A stretch of 64,000 nt of DNA, taken from the NCBI RefSeq assembly GCF_006345805.1, contig NC_043019.1:5889360-5953359 (forward strand). The letters are read 5' to 3'. The position numbers and the translations under genes are program-made. Source of the stretch: Octopus sinensis. Its lineage: Eukaryota. Each line of letters opens with the position of its first letter. Position 1 is the stretch's first letter. Below, piece after piece: positions 60,212 to 64,000 of the stretch. The notes beneath the pieces are model-generated. The model was not told the origin of the DNA. It was given only the letters and a program-made list of their open reading frames with translations, and ran no database searches.

Positions 60212-60464
60212 CTTGTGAAAGGTAGGAGAGTCCAGTTTGCTGGACATTGTTGTAGAGCTGAAAATGAGGTAATTTCTACTCTTCTCCTCTGGAAGCCATC
60301 TACTCGCAATACCAGAGGGCGCACACTCTCCTACCCTGATGTAATCTCCAGGGATACAGGCATCCAGCAACAGGACCTCCGTAATGCTATGATGGACCGT
60401 GAAGTCTGGCGTAGCATGATAAATTCCATCGTCTCGACCACGGTCGAACAATGATGATGATGAT
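60212..60464 (+). mobile_element. RTE-clade LINE 3' end, same family as 14985-15420
   Basis: ORF 60215-60454 is near-identical to the C-terminus of ORF 14993-15340; (TGA)n tail. Confidence 0.92.
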
Positions 60465-60670
60465 ACCTAAATGTTTACCTCCCTATCGATCTACCTCTCT
60501 GTTTATCTGTCTGATATTGTAACAAATAACAGTAACTTTCAAATTCAGTTCTGAAATCTCGTTCTCGAAATGCAATAATAATATTTTAGTATTTTTGCCA
60601 AGTAACAAAGCTTACGTCCGCTGGCCTTTCTGCTAAATGAATAGAAAGTTGATTTAAATGCCGTAAATTG

Positions 60671-61069
60671 TGACGGCAGTTTTTTAAAATAATTTCCACG
60701 TAACTAAACACTTTTAAACTTCGTATACTGGTAGAATGTGTTTTTAAAACATCTTTTTCTCTTGGCTGTATTGAGAAAATTCTATAATTTGTAAGATATT
60801 TGTTGTTGTTTTTCTTCAATTTCTGCAATTTCAACCAGTCAATGACGTCTATTGAGGTGAAAACATTCTGTGCCGTATGAATATGTCCCTCGTTTACGAA
60901 ACAGATTGGGTTTATTTACATTTGTGAAGAAAAAAGATACCCTTCCCCCTCCCCTAACCCTAACCCTAAAACAGATTGAAATGCAATAGATCGATACTAG
61001 GGTCATAATTATGGGTGAAAATTTCATATGACACCGCTAGAAAAAACTGCCGTTCAAACCGAAAAGATC
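60671..61069 (-). mobile_element. GATC-ended MITE, copy 3 (one TIR clipped)
   Basis: Reverse-complement colinear with 46513-46941. Confidence 0.88.
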
Positions 61070-61499
61070 GGACGGATTTATTCGACATATTTAAGATATT
61101 CTGTCACCGCTGTTCTTAATAAAAAAAACGTTCATTGATTTTGCGCCGCGCAGTCTTAGCAAAAACCACATCATATTTAGGCGATGAAGTAACAAACGGA
61201 TCAATTCTGAGTCTGAGATTTGTTTCTCGATTATAGATTATGGCAAAGGGGAAGTTTACTATGGATAGTAATTGTTTACTGAGAGGTATCTTTCATGAGT
61301 GAGGATCAAGCAGTTGAACCGATTTAATGCATTTGGCAGTTAAGCATTGTTTAATAGACACCGGTTTTAAAGCGGCGATAAACAAGGAAAATTAAATGAA
61401 ATAAGTTGGCCATAACTAGGAATGAGAACGTCGTTAAAAAGAGAGCTCAGCTGTTTCATTCTACAATCACCTCTCCCTTTACACACACACACAATCCCT

Positions 61500-61522
61500 C
61501 CATCTCTCGCTCTCTTCCTCCC

Positions 61523-61558
<36 letters not shown>

Positions 61559-61860
61559 ATCTACCATTGGACATTGATTATCTATCTACCTATTTATCTG
61601 TCTATCTATCTCCTATCTATCTATTTAGCTATCTGTCTATCTGTCTCTCTATCTGTCCGTCTGTCCGCTTGTCTATCTGTCTATCTATTTGTTTGCCTTT
61701 CTATCTATCTGTCTGTGTGTGTGTCTATCTATTTATCTATCTATATCTACCATTGGACATTGATTACCTATCTATCTCTCTATCTATCTATCTGCCTATC
61801 TATCTATCATCTATCTACCTATCTATCCCTCTGTTTATTTATCTATCTATCTCTGTATGA
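61500..61860. repeat. (CT)n/(TCTA)n/(TCTG)n compound microsatellite
   Basis: Direct; ctaccattggacattgatta duplicated at about 61561 and 61748. Confidence 0.9.
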
Positions 61861-62434
61861 CACTCTTCTATTGTAGCCCATCTCTCTCTACAATATTATT
61901 GCATATTACAATTTCCTTGCTTTATAAAACACACACACACACACTCTCTCTCTCTCCTTACATCCAATTATCCCGTTATGGCATCGATTATAAAGCACTT
62001 CCAAAAGTACGCTGCAGAAGCTATCGTCTCTCTTCGAATAGTAAGATCTTGATCGGTTTCTAACCCACATTGGAATACAATTTATCGATTTGAATTAATG
62101 CAGCTACAATACACCCAAAAGGTCTAGGCTTATTTGTAAATATTATTTCCTCAAAACACTTCAACTCAGAGCAAGCCGACTTCTTTCTTTCTTTGGGGTT
62201 ATTGCAGCCGCATGTTCCCGGTTAAGTCAGCTGACCTGTATATTTTCTCCGTTGAAACTCAACGAAACATCCATGCTTAGTCTCCTGGCTATTCCAGATC
62301 CCACATTCAGTAACAAACCCTGTTACTCTTTCATGGAACCACACGTCAATGGCATCACCGTGTCTCTCACGTCAAACATTTACATCATCTCCGTTGTCGA
62401 AGAATATCTTACAAAACTACAGACACCGAACACC

Positions 62435-62618
62435 TTCTTCCTCTTCTTGTTCCTCTCCTTCCTCTTCTTCCTTTTCTTCTTTTTCTTCCTCTTCTTGTTC
62501 CTCTTGTTCCTTTTCTTCTTCTTCTTCGTCTTCTTCTGCTTCCTCTTCTTTTTCTTCATTTTCTTCTTCTTCTTCGTCTTCTTCCTCCTCCTCCTCCTCC
62601 TACCACCACCGCCACCAC

Positions 62619-62658
<40 letters not shown>

Positions 62659-62660
62659 CT
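62435..62660. repeat. (TTC)n grading into (CTC)n, (CAC)n, (TAC)n
   Basis: Direct. Confidence 0.9.
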
Positions 62661-62757
62661 AGCTATATGAAAGACACACAATGTCTGAGTTGAGACGTTT
62701 TGTGTTTCTCTTCTTTCTCTCCTACATCTCCCTCTTTCACCATCTAATTTTCTCCCA

Positions 62758-62819
<62 letters not shown>

Positions 62820-63397
62820 CTACCTACCTATCTATCTATCTAGCTATCTACCTATCATAATTTCTTATTTTATATCAGTTGTCACACTATTTCTCCATTT
62901 GTTTCCAAAGATTCCATTCAACACTCTCTCTCTCTCTTTCTCTGTCTCTTACTCTCTCTCTCCCTCCCCTCTCTCTCTCTCTCTCTCTCTCTTTCTGCTT
63001 TTTTCTCTCTCTCTCTTCCCCTTTCTGCTTTCTTCGCAATGCCCCACACCAGCTTCCGCACACACTACGCATGTCTCCTATTTTTCTTTAACTTCCTGTA
63101 TATTTTGATTTCCCCTTTATATCTCGTATCTTTCTCCAAGATATCACCATCTCTTAGATGTTCTATCCTTTGTATCACAACGCCTATATTTCCCCACAAC
63201 ACCCCCCCACCGCCACCCCTTCCATTGTTCCTCACCTTTTTATTATTTCCCTTATTTCTATTCCTCCAACACACATTCTTTCTCACTCTGTTCGCCACTA
63301 CTTGCAATCTTCCTCCAATCAATCATTTCTTCTTCAATATTCCCACTACTTTCTAACATCAAAGCATTCCCCTATCCAACTGCCCCCATGTCTCCCC

Positions 63398-63435
<38 letters not shown>

Positions 63436-63469
63436 TCTCTCACTCTTTCTCTTTCTCTCTCTTGTTGTA

Positions 63470-63698
63470 TACACATACACTCACACACATATATGTACAT
63501 ATATATGTATATATATACGTATATATACGTATATATATATATGTATATGCAATATATATACACATATATATAGCTGTATTATATATATATACACTATACA
63601 CAACTATATATAATATGTATATATTACACAACTATATATATATATATATACATAATATATATATATATATTATATATATATATTTACACACAACTATA

Positions 63699-63767
<69 letters not shown>

Positions 63768-63903
63768 GTATACAACTAGATAGACAGCTATCTACCTACC
63801 TGCCTACCTAGACAGACAGACAGGCAGACAGATAGACAGACAGACAGACAGGCAGGCAGACAAACAGACAGACAACAACAGACAGACAGACAGACAGACA
63901 GAC

Positions 63904-63986
<83 letters not shown>

Positions 63987-63990
63987 CATG
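63470..63990. repeat. (TA)n-rich tract followed by (GACA)n/(GATA)n
   Basis: Direct. Confidence 0.9.
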
Positions 63991-64000
63991 CCCCACCCTC

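Noticed and set aside
62150-62415. Minus-strand protein-like stretch RERHGDAIDVWFHERVTGFVTECGIW..
   Set aside because: Bounded by stops, no usable splice sites, no recognised homology
504-63996. Dozens of ORFs of the MYVC/HTYI/YLSI/poly-I/poly-F type in the ORF track
   Set aside because: They are translations of tetra-, tri- and dinucleotide microsatellites that lack stop codons; no coding evidence

Overview
AT-rich, repeat-saturated eukaryotic DNA with one 100-N scaffold gap. The SINE families and microsatellite load look like a coleoid cephalopod, most likely Octopus. That is recognition from memory, not a database result. No host protein-coding gene could be called with confidence: nearly all ORFs in the track are microsatellite read-through or TE fragments, and only a few weak candidate exons remain. 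The window holds about 20 copies of one tRNA/CORE-like SINE (here SINE-A) and three other SINE families. It also holds fossil LINEs (CR1, several RTE, R4/Dong-like, HERO-like RLE, Tx1-like), a Penelope GIY-YIG remnant, non-autonomous mariner, maT, hAT, piggyBac and Helitron elements, and a GATC-ended MITE. The most interesting signals: (1) six well-formed and one degenerate type-I hammerhead ribozyme motifs in short Penelope-type, mostly (TA)n-embedded elements, two arranged as fold-back inversions and two with a U4C core variant; (2) a SINE whose target-site duplications all begin GGT(A/G)TT and which inserts in register into its own family, giving 184-bp tandem units; (3) a fixed-end ~550-bp element found only inside (ATT)n tracts. 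All coordinates were read by eye. Repeat boundaries are approximate unless a TSD or TIR is quoted.
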